A DNA stretch of 64,000 nt from Raja brachyura (lineage: Eukaryota): positions 14,384,001 to 14,448,000 of the forward strand of contig OY740808.1 in the NCBI GenBank assembly GCA_963514005.1, given 5' to 3'. How positions within the stretch are numbered: the stretch's first letter is position 1; the number at the start of each line of letters is the position of its first letter. Of the stretch, positions 37,291 to 51,700 are shown piece after piece. Position numbers and translations under genes: made by a program. The notes beneath the pieces are model-generated. The model was given only the letters and a program-made list of their open reading frames with translations. It had not been told where the DNA came from and did no database searches.

Positions 37291-37820
37291 CACTGAATAT
37301 CATCCAAATTCTCACATTAGATTCCAATGTGCACCTCATTCGCAGGAATATGCAAAAATTCAATCCAACTTTAATCCATCCCTCAATACAATGAGCCCTA
37401 CCATGGTTCAATGCTGGATCCTCAGGTGCCTCCTTAGTCTGTTCCATGAGGCACAGTCTCACTCATAACTCACTTTGAATTTTAGTTAATCTACACACAA
37501 ATCCCCACCTCCATCTATCCAAAGCCCCTCAGTTACAGTCCATTGCAGCAGAATCTCTGACTTAAGGTCCAATGTGTAACGTTGTGTAATTCTCAATTAA
37601 AACCAGCAAACCCAGAACTTATACTCTAGTTAGTAACTGCCAACGGTGGCATAAGTAAACCAACTGCATGCCTCGATATGACAGCAGTGTGCAGAACCAT
37701 CAACTGGGCTCAGTCCAGGGAGACGGGTGGAGATTCCAACAGTTGTCTCCATGAACGTGGGATAAATGTTGACGGGAAGTGACAGCAAGATATCATGACA
37801 AAGCCATCTCCACTTCAGAA

Positions 37821-37954
37821 TTTATTTGGCATTTCATTTTGTTAACAGAAGTACAAGACATTGAATCAGTCCTTACATGATGCAGTGAAAGAACAAGTGA
37901 AAAATGGAAAATTCTGAACAAACACACAGACCTAATAATGGTATCAAATTTATT
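37821..37954 (-). terminator. Candidate DGCR2 polyA signals (AATAAA on - at 37821-37826 and 37949-37954), implying a 3'UTR of about 1.6-1.7 kb
   Basis: TTTATT on + downstream of the DGCR2 stop. Confidence 0.55.
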
Positions 37955-39502
37955 GTCTACTTATTATTCACCGAGTATCAAAATCTTTCCACTGCCACAG
38001 AAAGTTCCAATCACAAACTACAAATGTCTGTTAACTGCGGTGTTCGAATAGGTTGTGAGCGCATGTGCACGTCTGTGTTTATTTGACAGTTGAGGAATGA
38101 AGGGAGAGACCGTGACCAGCCGATACAAAGACAGTGCAGAATTCCCAAAACCCCATTTGAATGGACTTTATTCCAACAAATTGGCTACCGCAACCAGATC
38201 AACAGAAAGCCCAGCAATCACATCAACCAACATTAAAATCATTGATAGGTATCACCAGATCACATCAACATGATTATCAGCCACCACATCAATATACAGC
38301 ACTAACAGCATTGATTCATATCAATCACATCAATGTAGGTGATCATTAGAGCACGTCAACATTGTTGACATTTCATTATTAACTGCACCATAGCAATGAT
38401 CAATATCATTAGCAGTGAAAAGCTCCAGGGGAGGGAGCATGGGCAGGGAGCAGAGAATAGAGAAAGTGCTTGCGAGTGCACTCTGTAATACACAGGACCT
38501 CCTGCCACTCTGGCCCAGTCAGCAGCCCTTCCACTCTCAGCTTATTAAACATCAGTACTGATACAGTACTGCTAAAAAATACAACTGAGCCAGACCTCCC
38601 ACTGTGGTACGCTCCCTCTGATTCAGGCCCTTAACCCAATCCACCTACGCGGGAGGCTGTAACGCCCCTGCCATGCATCACAGAGTTGATCACTCACGCT
38701 CACCGCGAGTGGAGACCTCTCCCCACCCTCCTGGAGTGAAAGGACGTGCAGCCACCCCACTGACCGAGGCCGTAACCCTTCCCTCTGCGACAGAACTTGT
38801 AAACCATCAACCCCGCCATGGAGCGCTGCAGACCCTGTACCCCATCCTAGGGCTTCGCACACCCCCACCCACCTCCCCGTATACCACCCTCCACCAAAGT
38901 GCACATAGGACTGCGTTACAACCCCTCCCAGGACTCTACCCTAGCCCCAGAACTACACCATCTGCCCGCCCCAAATGGCATGTGACTCTGCTCCCCTCCC
39001 AGTGATGAGTACACCCACCTACCTTTCACCCTTGTATTATATAGGCTGCTCTGAGCCACAGCACCAGCCGGCTTCATCAGTTACACTTCTGTTTGTGTGG
39101 AGACTTGCCAAGGACTGGGCCTGGTCCAATCCCAGTCCGAGAACCTTGCTTATCCCACAGGTTGGCGATGCACACAGAACCACCTATCCCTCACGTCTCT
39201 TCCAGCCTCTTGATTCTAAGCCCTGTATTTGTATGCAAAGTCTATTTAAAAATAACACCAAAAAAAAAAAACAGCTGCCGTTTAGGGTTCTAAAGTCCTA
39301 CGATACCCGCGAACTGGGAAACGTGCTGCATTCCATCATCAATATATACACAAATGATCAACTAATTCATCAAAACAGGGTAATCTGCTGGAGACCAGAA
39401 CCGAAGTTTTGTTAAGTCATCTGACTGGTATTGTCAATATAGCACTGTGCAAACATTTGCCCAAATTCAATAAAACAATGATTAATCACCCTCCCTTCCA
39501 AT

Positions 39503-39720
39503 TTATACCACTGTATTTACTGAAGAGTGACTGCTGCGATTCAGCGCACTCTCTGGGTGGATGGGGTGTGGCACCAGTAAGGTACTGCTGCCACCCGAGA
39601 CCTCCAGGTCCTCCGTTGCGGCCTCCAGAGTGAAGCTGGTCACATTAGTCGGCTCTCCAATGACGGTCTCGGCTACAGGGAACTGGCTGCTCTGTTCCAC
39701 CACCTGCCCAGGACCACCAT
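39503..39720 (-). CDS. DGCR2: DGCR2 last coding exon (ends SSVNTVV*)
   Basis: tttcag|ATGGT; TAA at 39503-39505. Confidence 0.93.
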
Positions 39721-42700
39721 CTGAAAACAAAAGACATCTCATTAATTGTATCACACAACAAAATACTGGCCGGAGAGAGACTTTTGCAGGGCTTCTGGTG
39801 GTCTCTGGAGCAGCTAGATTGTGCTCTCATTTTTCAGGTTGAGGGCATTGCCCATCGCTACTTGCTTTGAAGGTGAACTTCCACACCGTTGGCATTGGAC
39901 ATTCAGTGTTTAGACCAAGCCATGGGGGAAGTTTGGGCAGGGAGAAAGGCAAAATATTTCCAAATTAGGACAGGAATCTGTAGGATGTGCACCCTTCTTG
40001 GTGTTCATAGCAAAGGCCACAGCTTCTGAAGGTGCGGTGAGAGTTAACACAACAATGTTGTAAACAGTCTTAACATTCTTAGAGATACCAATTGTTGACT
40101 TGGCCTGGTGTCAACTCTTCCATGCAGTAAAATCAGTTGGGGGGAAAAGCAGTATACGCAGTTCTTCCTAAACTAGCATCAGCTGTTCCTTGTTTCCACA
40201 GGCTAGAATTATGCTGGGTTAATACTGATCAGACATGTAACTGTACCAACCTTACCACCAGGTGGCACCACCATCGTGACAGCCTCGCCAACGTGTCCTT
40301 TCTATTGTTTTTATTATTGTACATTTGTTCTAAAAGTTTGTTTCAATGTTTCTTGGTTAATTTATATGGGGGGTGAGGGAAAATAAGGGGTAACTGTTTT
40401 TCAGTCACCTATCTCGACGGAGATGCGATTTTCTCCATGTGTCACATCTCCGCCCTCCCCCCCCCCCCGCGGTCTAACAACATGGAGTGGTACAGCCATT
40501 CCTGGAGACCAGCCCGGAGCTTCAAGCCGCAGGTGCGGCGCAGATTTACCATCGCGGAGCCTGGGATCCTTTGCCGAGGATCGCCTGGAAGAAGAGCTCC
40601 GACCACGGGGCCTGTGGACTTTAACACCTTGAAGCCCGCGGTCTCTGAGGCTGACTCGGGAGCTCCATGCCGCGGAGCGTTCCAATCCGTCCTGACGCTG
40701 CAGTTTCAATCATCCCGAAGGGGAGGGCTTTGACATTGGACCGTCGTCAGCGGCGAACTGCAGAGGATTCAAGGCCCCGACCACCTTGGGTGAACAAAGG
40801 AGGAAGATGACTGAACTTTATTGCCTTTCATTACAGTGAGGAATGTTGTTTCCACTGTGGTGGATGTTTATGTAAAATTTATTTTATGTGTGTACTATGT
40901 TCTTTTCACTTAGTATGGCTGTATGGTAACGCATATTTTACTGTACCTTATTTGTTTAAGTGACAATAAACACAAACTTGAGCTTATACATATGGAGCAA
41001 CAGAGGTTGGGTATCCCATCCAAAACCATCTTCCAAACTCATAACCTTACAACCTAGTAGAGAAAGGGAAGGGAAGACCATTACCTGCAGGTCTCCCTCT
41101 TGGTTGCAGAGTATCCTGAAACTTGCCACTTAACAGGAATGTGTGAATACCTTCAAATTCTGCAGCGTTTCACGGGAGAGGCTCATAACCACCTTCCCAA
41201 GGGCAACTAGGGATAAACTGTAGGTGCAAGGAATTGCAGATGATGGAATCCTGAGCAAAACATAGTGCTGGATTAACTCAGTGGGTTAGGCAACATCTGT
41301 GGAGAGAATGGACAGATGACATTTTGGGTTGGGACCCCTCTTCAGAGTTATTGTACTGGGGTAGGGGGGTATACTGTGCCAGCAGGAACTAGATGAATAA
41401 GTAGATCCAGTATTGAAGAAATGTGCCATATCTTTCTAGCATACCATAGTCCAGGAGATTGGACCACCAGATCTTCAAAATCATTGTCACCACACAATTC
41501 CCCCACTCGATTTGAGTCGCGCTCTGAACCATGCTTGTCTAATCTCTTCATGGAATCATGGAAACTTTATTGTCATTTAGACCTTTCGGTCTGAACAAAA
41601 TTTTGTTGCCTTGCAGTCATACATATAGTAAATAACAAAACACACAATAAACACAAGTTTAACATCCACCACAGTGAGTTCACCAGTTACCTCCTCACTG
41701 TGATGCGAGGCAAAATCTTAAGTCTTTGTCTCTTCCCTTCTTGTTCTTCCTCTGCGCTGAGGCGATCCAGGCCTCCGATGTTATGACCCCACCGGGGGAT
41801 GTAAGTATGTCCCGCGGCTGAACCGGGCTCTGCGAACAGGCCGGTTCAACTCCACGGCCCGGTGCGGTCGAAGCTGCCGCTCTCTAGTCCAGCGGACGCA
41901 GCTGTTGCCGCGGGAGCTCCGGAAAAACAGGTCACCAACCTGTGACCTGCGAGCTCCCAACGATGTCGTCCACTGGGCCCGCGGCCGGGCCTCTGAAGTT
42001 GCTGCTGCCGCCACCGCCACCACAGCTCCGAGTCAGGCCGCCGGAACGCCTGAACCCGCCACAGCCCCGAAGTCGGCCAGCCTCGTGCTGGTAAGTCCTG
42101 GCTGGCTCTGCCTCCGGAGCCTCGAGGTCGGTTGCAGTTGGAGGCTGTTAGCTCCGCCATTAGGCCTCAGCGCAGACGGAGACGGGGGATACGACAAGAA
42201 AAGTCGCGTCCCCCCGAAGGAAGAGACTAAAACGTTTCTCTCACCCTTCCCACACGCATACACAACATAATAACTCAAATGAACACGCTAAAACAGGACA
42301 AGAAAACAACAAAAAAAAGAAAAAAAGACGGACTGCAGGCGAGCCGCAGCTGCCAAGACCGCACTCTTTAGCTACCTTTTACAGATAATGATGCTATGAT
42401 AGAAGGCTAAGAACAACCTACTCAGAATCATCATGGTTATAATATCATGTTACAGAGAGATGGTGTAAGTTGGACCCACCTGGGCTTACACAAAGCATGC
42501 TGTTTGAATTGATGGATGCCTCATACGGAGGGGGTGGATCATCAGGATGCTGAATGTCTGGGTATTTATAAGCCGTGTATGGAGGTGGGGGATCGTGGAA
42601 GTGGAATGCTCCTCCGTCACCATCGTCAGAAAGATGCAGAGGAGTTAGGCCTGATCCAAGGCTATCTGGACCATAATCAAAGCCTGGCATTCTGCTTCGG

Positions 42701-45700
42701 GCAAGGTTAAAATGATGCACTGTGAAAGAAAACCAGAAAAATCAGCTGCAAATACTAGACCAGATTCAGTGCCAGCAAATGGCTACCAACTCCACATAGA
42801 ACAGTTAACAAACCCCAACCTTTCCCTTTCATGCAGTTTTATGTGAAAATACCTCCCCATTCCCCCATTTCCAATGTTCCCAGCTTAACTCCTCATTCCT
42901 CCACCAACTCCACTGTCCCTGGTTCCACTGCCTGTCCCCTTCACCCCTCCACTATCCCAGGTCCCTTTCACCACCCCTCTCACCCAGTTCAAGTTATAAC
43001 AGGTACAGATTTCAGAGGTCTGACTCAAATAACCTTGTTGGACAAGAGGAAGTTGTATTTACAGTGAAACTTTAATACAAATCTGTCCCAAACCTTCAGG
43101 AAATTTAGCAAAGAAATTTTGACAATGACTACATATTGAGGAACCAAAGCCCTGGTGATCAATAGACTGGTCTAATGATAAGTTTCAAGATGCATCCTAA
43201 AATAAAATACAGGGAACAGGCCAAGGACTTTGGAGCATTGAAGCCAAGAAAAACACAATGAAGAAGCGTAGCAAAGTCAGGAGCCAAACTTGCTCAGCAA
43301 ATACAAATCCTGCAGTTTTAACTCGGGACAAATCTCAAGGTGCGTCCAACAAAATATAGGAACAATCCCAATGATAAAGTAAAGCTTAGTTGATAGGATA
43401 TATACAACAAATGGTTCAAGAATAGTCCCAGAGTGAACAAGCAATGGACTATTGGTCCTCTTGAACCTGCTCTGTCATTCAGTAACACCCCAGCTACCTC
43501 ACCACCATTTTCCTGCAGCAACTCCACATCCCTCAAATCTCTTAATATTCAAAAATCTACCATTCCCATCTTGAATACACTCAGCAACTACGTTTCCTCT
43601 TCCCCCGAGGAGTGAATTTTAAAGATCCTATATTTTCCAGGTGAAAGAATTTCTCCTCATTTCCATCCCGAATGGCTGACCCTGTACTCTAAGACAGACA
43701 CTGAGCTAGGGGAAATAGCATTACTGCATCTACCCAGCAAGCTTCATAAAAATGCTTCACGTCAACTCTCACTCTTCGAAACTCCAGGGAGTAGAGCCAG
43801 ACTTCTCAATCTCACCTTTAATGACAAATCTGCCTTCCAGGAATCAATTTGGTGAACTTTGCTGATGTTGTTATCTTTCCTTAAGTAATGAGACCAGAAC
43901 TACACAAAATATTCCACATGTGATCTCACTAGGGTCTGACATAGCTGGAAGAAAACTTCCACCTTTGAAAATAAATCCTCTAAACGTTAAGGCCAATGTA
44001 CTGTTTAGCTTCCTAATTATGTGCTGAACTTGAGTGTATAATAACACCCAGGTCCGTGTGAACACCAACAACTTTCAACCTCGAATACTTAAAACCAATA
44101 TTCTGCCTTTTATGTTTTCTCTATCAAAGTGGGTGATCTCACTTTTTCCCCACACTTTCTCACATCTGCTATGTCTTTCCCCAATTACTTCATCTCTCCA
44201 TATCCCTCTCATGCCCGTCACCTAGCTTTGCATTGTCAGCAAACAAAGATATATTATTTAATACCTGTGCACAAATCATTTGACATAGATTGTAAAAAGC
44301 TGCGTCCGAGCATCAATCCCAACACCACCCCACTGGTCATGGGCTTCCAACCCAAGAACAACCCATTTATACTTTCTCTTGGTTTCTGTCTTTTATCGGT
44401 CCTCAATCCATTCCAGCATTTTACCCTCAATGCTAATTTTGCTCAAAAGGGTTCTTTGTGGCAGTTCATTGAAGGCCATTTGAAAGGTCAAATGCATCAC
44501 ACTTTGATGAGGTAACAGATAAAGGCAATGATGGGAAGGCAATACAGATTTTCAGAAGCTACTTGTTAAAGCCCGATTATCCCATGTGCCTCCGTTTAAA
44601 AAGACCACTGACAAAACTGGCTTCAGGAAAAGAACCAGTAAACAGTTGTTCTTCAGACAGCGGAGGGTAAAGTGATATTCCCCATTGGCTCAGTGCTGGC
44701 ACTTCAGATTCTTTTCCTGAATTATAGACAGCACAGCAGTTTAGTTAGTAGAGCTTCTGCCAACCCAGCACCACAGACCCAGGTCCAATTCTGACTTTGG
44801 ATGCTGTTGTGTGGAGTTTGCATGTTTTCTTTATGGCTGTGTGGATTTCCCCCAGGTGCGCCAGTTTCTTCCCACATTCAAAAATGTGTGTGTTAGTACG
44901 TTAATCAGCTGCTGTAACTTGGTGTGTAGTCGAGTCATCGAATCTTGGGGAAATGGATAGGAGTGTGGGGAGAATATAATAGTAGAATTAATGTGGGATT
45001 TACTATGGTAAATGGGTGGTTGATGGTTGGCTCAGACACGGTGGACAGAAGGAAATGTTTCTGTGTGGCATCGTACAATCATTTGAACATGGGTTCAAAA
45101 TGTTACAAAGATCGCCATGATCATGGGAGGATTAAACAGAATAAATAAGAGAGCCGTTTCTACTGACAGATGGTTCAAGGACTAGGGAACACCGCTCCAA
45201 AACAATGAGCAAATGACAATGATAGAGTGGTTATATCAAACTTACTGTATGAATGGGTGGTGGCAACATGACTTGGATAGGCACTTCAATGAAGATAACA
45301 GGGAAAGACCAGGAAAATGGCACTGAACATATTGTTCTACAATATGTTCACCGACTCATTGGGCCAAACAGCTCCCTTCTATGCTGTAACCACTATGATA
45401 CCAGGATAGTGCCAACATGCAATACGGGGTCACAGCTGGTAAAGCTGCTGCCTCCCAGCGTCAGGGACCCAGGCTCAATCCCGGCTTCAGGTACTGTCCG
45501 TGAGGAGTTTGTGCATTCTACCTGTGACATGTGTTCCCTCCCACCTCGCATGGTAGATTAATTGTCTGCTGTAAATTGCCCCTGGTTTGTGGTGAGTGTA
45601 GAATCTGGTAGAGGAGGGGGAGGAGTAATGGAAATGTGGGGAGAATAAAATGGGATTAATATAAGTGTCATGTAAATGGGTAGAATAAGGCTGATGAAGG

Positions 45701-48700
45701 CTCAATGGGTCAAAGCGCCTGTTTTTGTACTGTACGATGGACCATGAAGAGGAGCAATGATAGGATGAGGACTGTTAATGAGCACATTAGGAGCGTGTCA
45801 GCATTCCAGTTCATGAAGGCAAGGAATCTCTACGGATCAAAATTTAGGGGCATGATGGAATGCATAATGGAGAGGGGTTCTGGTAAATGGGTAAACTAAA
45901 GCAAAGTCAAATGGTATCAGATGTCAAGTTGCAGTGTTTTTGATAGAAAGGGAGTGGGGTTATAAGTTCAATCAGAGAGTTGTATACCGAAGCTGCAAGA
46001 TTAGCTTCAAACAAATGTTTGGAGGTAAAGACAGAGCTCACAGTAGGAACCCATAAAAATGTCCTCAGAGAAATGTGCTGGTACAGAGGAACGTGATACA
46101 AGACAGAGCTGGATATCATCAACAATAACTGGAGCTTTGAGGTTTTATGATTAACAGTACTGTGTACAGTTGCTCTGTAAAAGAAAACTTACAGTTCCCC
46201 CCAATAAGAGACTCGATGCGTTCTCTCCGTCGTTGCCGTAACCGGTGGACCATGAAGAGGAGCAGTGACAGAATGAGGAAAGAGGAGATGCAGCTTACGA
46301 TCAGACGCATTCCACTCGCCATAGAATCAAAAATGCCGCTGCCATCTGTGGGCATTGGGAAACACAGGGCAGTTACATTCAGCACTATAGCTGCCTAAAA
46401 TTTTCTTAGCTACTCAAATCGCAACTCCTCTGGAACAGTTTGCTTGGAGACACAGTAGGTTTTGAAGTGCCAGACCTCAAACTAAATGCACAATGTTATC
46501 TGAAACCAAAGCCTTTGTGATCTTAAATATTTCTTACTGGAGCGAGTCGAATATGTGAGGGAAAGAACTGCAGATGCTGGTTTAAATTGAAGATAGACAC
46601 AAAATGCTGGAATACCTCAGTGGGACTGGCAGCATCTCTTGTGAGAACGAATGGATGACGTTTCGGGTCGAGACTGAAGAAGGGTCTCGACCCAAAACAT
46701 CGACCATTCCTTCTCTCCAGAGATGCTGCCTGGCCCGCTGAGTTATTCCAGCATTTTGTGTCTATCCTCGAATATGTGAAGATTGGGTTGGGAGGTTGTT
46801 TCGGTTTCCTCCCTCAACAGAGTATTCACTTGACACAAGGTTGAAACTGAAGTCAAAAGCATTAACTTTGTCGTTGGCCCTGATGTGGTGGTCGCTAGCA
46901 TTATTGAGGGGGAAGTGATGAGGGATGAGGGGCATCCATTGAGCATGGAAAGTGGTGTTAAATTGGGGTAAGTTTTAGAAATAAAGGAAAGAACTGCATT
47001 TACCGCTTTTCCCCAACCTGCTTTAAAGTTAATTACATTGAAGCTATTTCAACTGTTGGAATTTCTGTACAAGCTTCCCGAAACAGCAATGTGATAACAA
47101 TCTGATAATCTGCTGTTGTGTTGCTTGTTGAGGGAGAATTCAAAGTGGAACAACTCGCTTGTTTTGGGTTTAACAACTCCAGAATGGTAGCATCTTTGAT
47201 TGTCTAGAGCATGGAAATGACAGAAAATATTCTGGATCTCAAACTTGAATCCATGTTTTCCTGCTTCGGCTCCTTCACCAGGAGGATGCAACAGCAAGAA
47301 CAAATGGGGAACGGCGAGAAAGGTTTGTCTCACTCGTACCGCCCACAAGAAGCAGCACGCACCGAACCATATCTGAATTTCCAGCATCAACTTTCCTCCA
47401 CAGATACAATAAACTCAAGTCTGATTTTTCATGGACTTGCTGCTTCAAATCTACAAATAGATTCTGGCATTAGGCGCACTTGTAATGATCGACACTAGTG
47501 CTCAAGAGACACTAGCCAGTGATTCCCTGGCTGCAGCCACTCTTTAAACCACATCACATGTTGGGTGGGAGTTGCTTTACCTGGGTCAAGACATGTGAAT
47601 TTGCAGCATTCCTTTGGATCCTTTTCAAAGTGTTGACACCCTTGTGGCCGCTCACACAAAGCCGCTACACACATTTCAGGCTCGCCGTTGTGGCAGGTGC
47701 AGCTCAAGCATGGATCATTACCCTTTGGAGTAAAGTACTTGCCCTCGTCTACCACGTTATCTTTTATATCCACACAGGTTTGGCCTGGAACACAAGCAGA
47801 GGGTTTGACATGTTAAGTGAGTAAAGAAGGAGGCAGATGGGCGTATAATAGGGAAAGTGGACAATTATCCAATTCGATGGCAGAATTAAAAAATATATAT
47901 TTTTGAAGAGATAACAACTATTGGGACCCAAAGTGATTTTCAGTAGCTTGCATATAGACACAAAATGCTGGAGTAACCTAGTGGGACAGGCAGCATCCCT
48001 GGAGAAAAGGAATGGGTGACGTTTCGGGTCGAGCCACTTCTTCAGACTGAAAGTCACGGGAAAGGGAAATGAGAGATATAGACGATGATGTAGAAAGATA
48101 TGCAAAAAAAGTAGTAACGATGATAATAGTAACAGGGCATTGTTGGTTGTTTGCTCGGTGAGAACAAAAAGCTGGTGTGACTTGAGTGGGGGAGGGATGG
48201 AGAGAGAGGGAAAGCAGGGGTTTACTTGAAGTTAGAGAAATCCATATTCATACCCTGGGTTGTACGCTGCCCAAGCAAAATAGGAGATGCTGTTCCTCCA
48301 ATTTGCGTTTAGCCTCACTGACATTGGAGGCCATTTATTTGCCCACTTTCCCAATCTGGTCAAGTACTTCTGCTTCCTCTACACTACCTGCCCTTCCACC
48401 TATCTTGGTATCATCTGCAACCTTGTCCACAAAGCCATCAATTCCCTCATCCAAATTATTAATATACATTGTGAATGGAGCGGGCCTAACACCAACCTCT
48501 GTGGAACTTCACTAACCAACCAGAGAAATCCACCTTCATTCTCACTGCCATTCAGCCTGTCTTCAATGCATGCTAGTATCTTCCCTCTAATACCATGGGC
48601 TCTCATCTTGTTTAGCGGCCTCACATGCGGCACCTTAAAGGCCTTCTGAACATCCAAGTATACAACATCCACTGACCGTCTATCCTGCAAGTTACTTCCC

Positions 48701-51700
48701 CAAAGCTTTATAGTTCTCTTGTATCTAATGCACTTAAATCTTTGGACTTTGGTATGGTGGATGAACAAAGTGGTTTGAAAAGAAAACAAAAAACTGTTGG
48801 AGTTAGAAGCAAAAAACAAACTGCTGAAGGAACTCAGCAGCATCTGTGGAAGTAAAAGGGTCGGCTAACATTATGGGTCGAGATCCTGCATCAAGATGTA
48901 GAATATTCTGAAGATTCTGAGGTATAACGTCCAAGAGTCAGAAACAGTTGCACAGCAGATGGAAAGAAACTATGCCGGTTGGAGAGCTTAACACACAAAA
49001 AAATAAAAAATGGAGACGGCCAGAATAATACACTGCAGCTCAGAAATGAGAAAGAAGTCAGAAACAAACATTCACTGAGTTGAAGGATCAGTTGAAATAG
49101 TTGTCAGGGGCACATGCAGGCTGATCAATCATCAGCTCAGTTACGATGAAAGACACAGCAGCTGGGGCTGGGTGTATTCCAGTGTCAGCCAGTGCATCGT
49201 CTCAAGGTTCAGAAGTCAGAATTTGAAACCCAAAACCGTGGGCCTAGCTACTCTCACTTAAAACGTGTGATGGAGGAAAGGGGATACTGCAAAATATTTA
49301 CCACAGAGCTCTAAAACTGAAAATAGCTTTTGGAAATCCTAATGCCTGAAACTTAGAAGTTGGAATGGTAAATATGGGCAATTTATGTTTAAAAAGAGTT
49401 AAAAACAAAGGTTAAACCGATTCAGTGAAACAACAATGGAATAAAAATGAAAAAAGCAGATTAGGCAGCCTCTGTTGAAAGAGAAACAGTTCATCTTACG
49501 AGTTGAAGACCCTTTATTAGAACAGTGGACTCTGCACATGTAGCTTGAACTTAGACTAAAATATAGCCAATAACAAACTAATAAGCCTTAAGTAGTGGAA
49601 GGAAGACTGGGATAGAAAGGAGAGGAGGATGGTGAAGGATAAAGTAAAAAGAACTCAGGAGTGTCAAAGAAAAGATCTCAGGATAGAGATCTGCCCAAGA
49701 TCAATTTGGATTGGAATCGTCAAGGAATCCCACAGCCTGCATCACAGGTCCAACCCCTGGTCCACGGAGTGGAAAATCATTTTTACATAAGTAGCCGTCA
49801 CACACACTAACAAATAAAATGAACAAAACTGATTCAAAGGCCGAGTTCAGGAATACGTGCAGCAATTTCATGGAGCAATGCATCGTGGAATCAAGATATT
49901 GTGCATCTCATCAAGCGTAATGAGACAAAATTAATCATCTTATTGAGAGAGATCCTCTGGGGGAAAGTAATCATACCATCAAAACTTAGTATTCAGTTAG
50001 AAATTATGAAAGAATATGACCAAGGCATTAAACAAATGTATAATCAAAAATACAGTAAACATACCAAGTCCAGTGGAAAATCAAGCCAATTACTCTGAAG
50101 TAATTAACAGAGAAACTTGAAGTAACATTAATACGGGGAATGCATATAGAAATTAAGGGTGCTAAACACAAAATAGCCAATACGTAATAGTTTGTATCTT
50201 AGGGTTCTAAAAAAAGTGGCAGTATAGAAAGTACTTCCAGCATTTCCTACTTTACTTCAGATTTCCAGCATCTTTTGACTTCACTGAGACTGATACATGA
50301 GTACCACACTAAATGAACAGTACCCCAACCACAGACCAATAAACACTCGAGCAAAGATACAAGGCACAGACCTAAAATGCAATTCCTCAGTAGACAGCTA
50401 AACCACAGAAACAAAGAAAATGCAAATACATGGAGTAACTTCCCTCCAAACCCCCATTTTCCAGCCACAGATTCAATTATCCACAAACCACCTGTGAAGA
50501 AGTGAGCCACAAAAATCTGGCCTAACCAGCCTATGTTTCTGGCCTATGGCCAACAGGCCTATGTTTCTAACATTCCTCCATTCCTGCAAACAGGTGTGAA
50601 CTGTGGGCAGATTTTGATAGATTGAACCTGCACTAAGTTGGAACCTCTGTGACCTTTCTTGTGTTTAATATTGGCTGTAACTGGAACATAACAGTGACAA
50701 TCTCGTGGGCTGGCAGATTCCAATTGCAGGAGAATCACCACTCACTTCTTTTGCAGAGAAACGCCGACTTCTCATTGCAGTTCTCGGCGTACCAGCTGTG
50801 TAATCCGTGGTGCCGCAGGCTGGGGAAGTGGGAGCATTGCAGCTGAGCACACAGCACATTTTCTTGCTCCGAGATGGTCATTCCAAACGTTGGCACCTGT
50901 TCTGGTGGAAGGAACACCTCCGTGGAACCTGGAGAAGAGAAACACTATTAAGCATGTACAACGCAGCTGAATGTGCATGAAAATAAAGCCACCTCTGCAA
51001 AACTGCAGGCCCAGTGAATCCATGCCAAATCTTCCATCACTCTTTCTACTTAGTACCGTCAAGCTATTTTCCATTTCAGAACTGCAACTGAGCCTTTATT
51101 TTATCTCTCTTTCTTTCTGCATAGGCAATTCAAAGGAAGGGGAGGAAGGTCTCTCCATTAATTCAGCAAGCTTGCTAATAAGTCCCTTGCCATACACGTT
51201 TTTTCTGCAGATCTATGATTTAACCCACTTTTAACCATTATTACCACTACTACCAACCAAGGTCATGATCTTATTGTTGATACAATCTGTACTTACCAAA
51301 TCCCATTTGCGCAAGGTTTTCCCTGCACTGGATGGACAAACTACACGCGCCTTTGAGACTAGTTTGCATTTCTCACTGATGCCCTTTCATGCCTACGTCT
51401 CATTTTGTCTATGATCTGAATTTTTAGTTAATTTCCACTAAATTGGTTCTCTTGATTTGTTTTATTTTGCGTTCTTTCTCATGGTGCCTCTTAAATATAT
51501 CATCATCAAGCTTCTCATGATACAAAACAACTTTTAACTAGCTCATCCCTTAATTGTCAACCTTCCTTTCCTCCCCAGTCAAATGGCCTCTGTGCTCATT
51601 TTCCTGAAACTCCCAGTTTGATTTCTTCTAAAGGTTCATACCACAGCATGAAGCAGCTCTGATCAAAGGAATTAATGATATGCCAATGTGACAACGCTAT

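Noticed and set aside
19197-40468. Long G/C homopolymers (about 19197, 29379, 33235, 35836, 40456)
   Set aside because: Simple repeats with unreliable lengths; relevant mainly as a warning about homopolymer errors.
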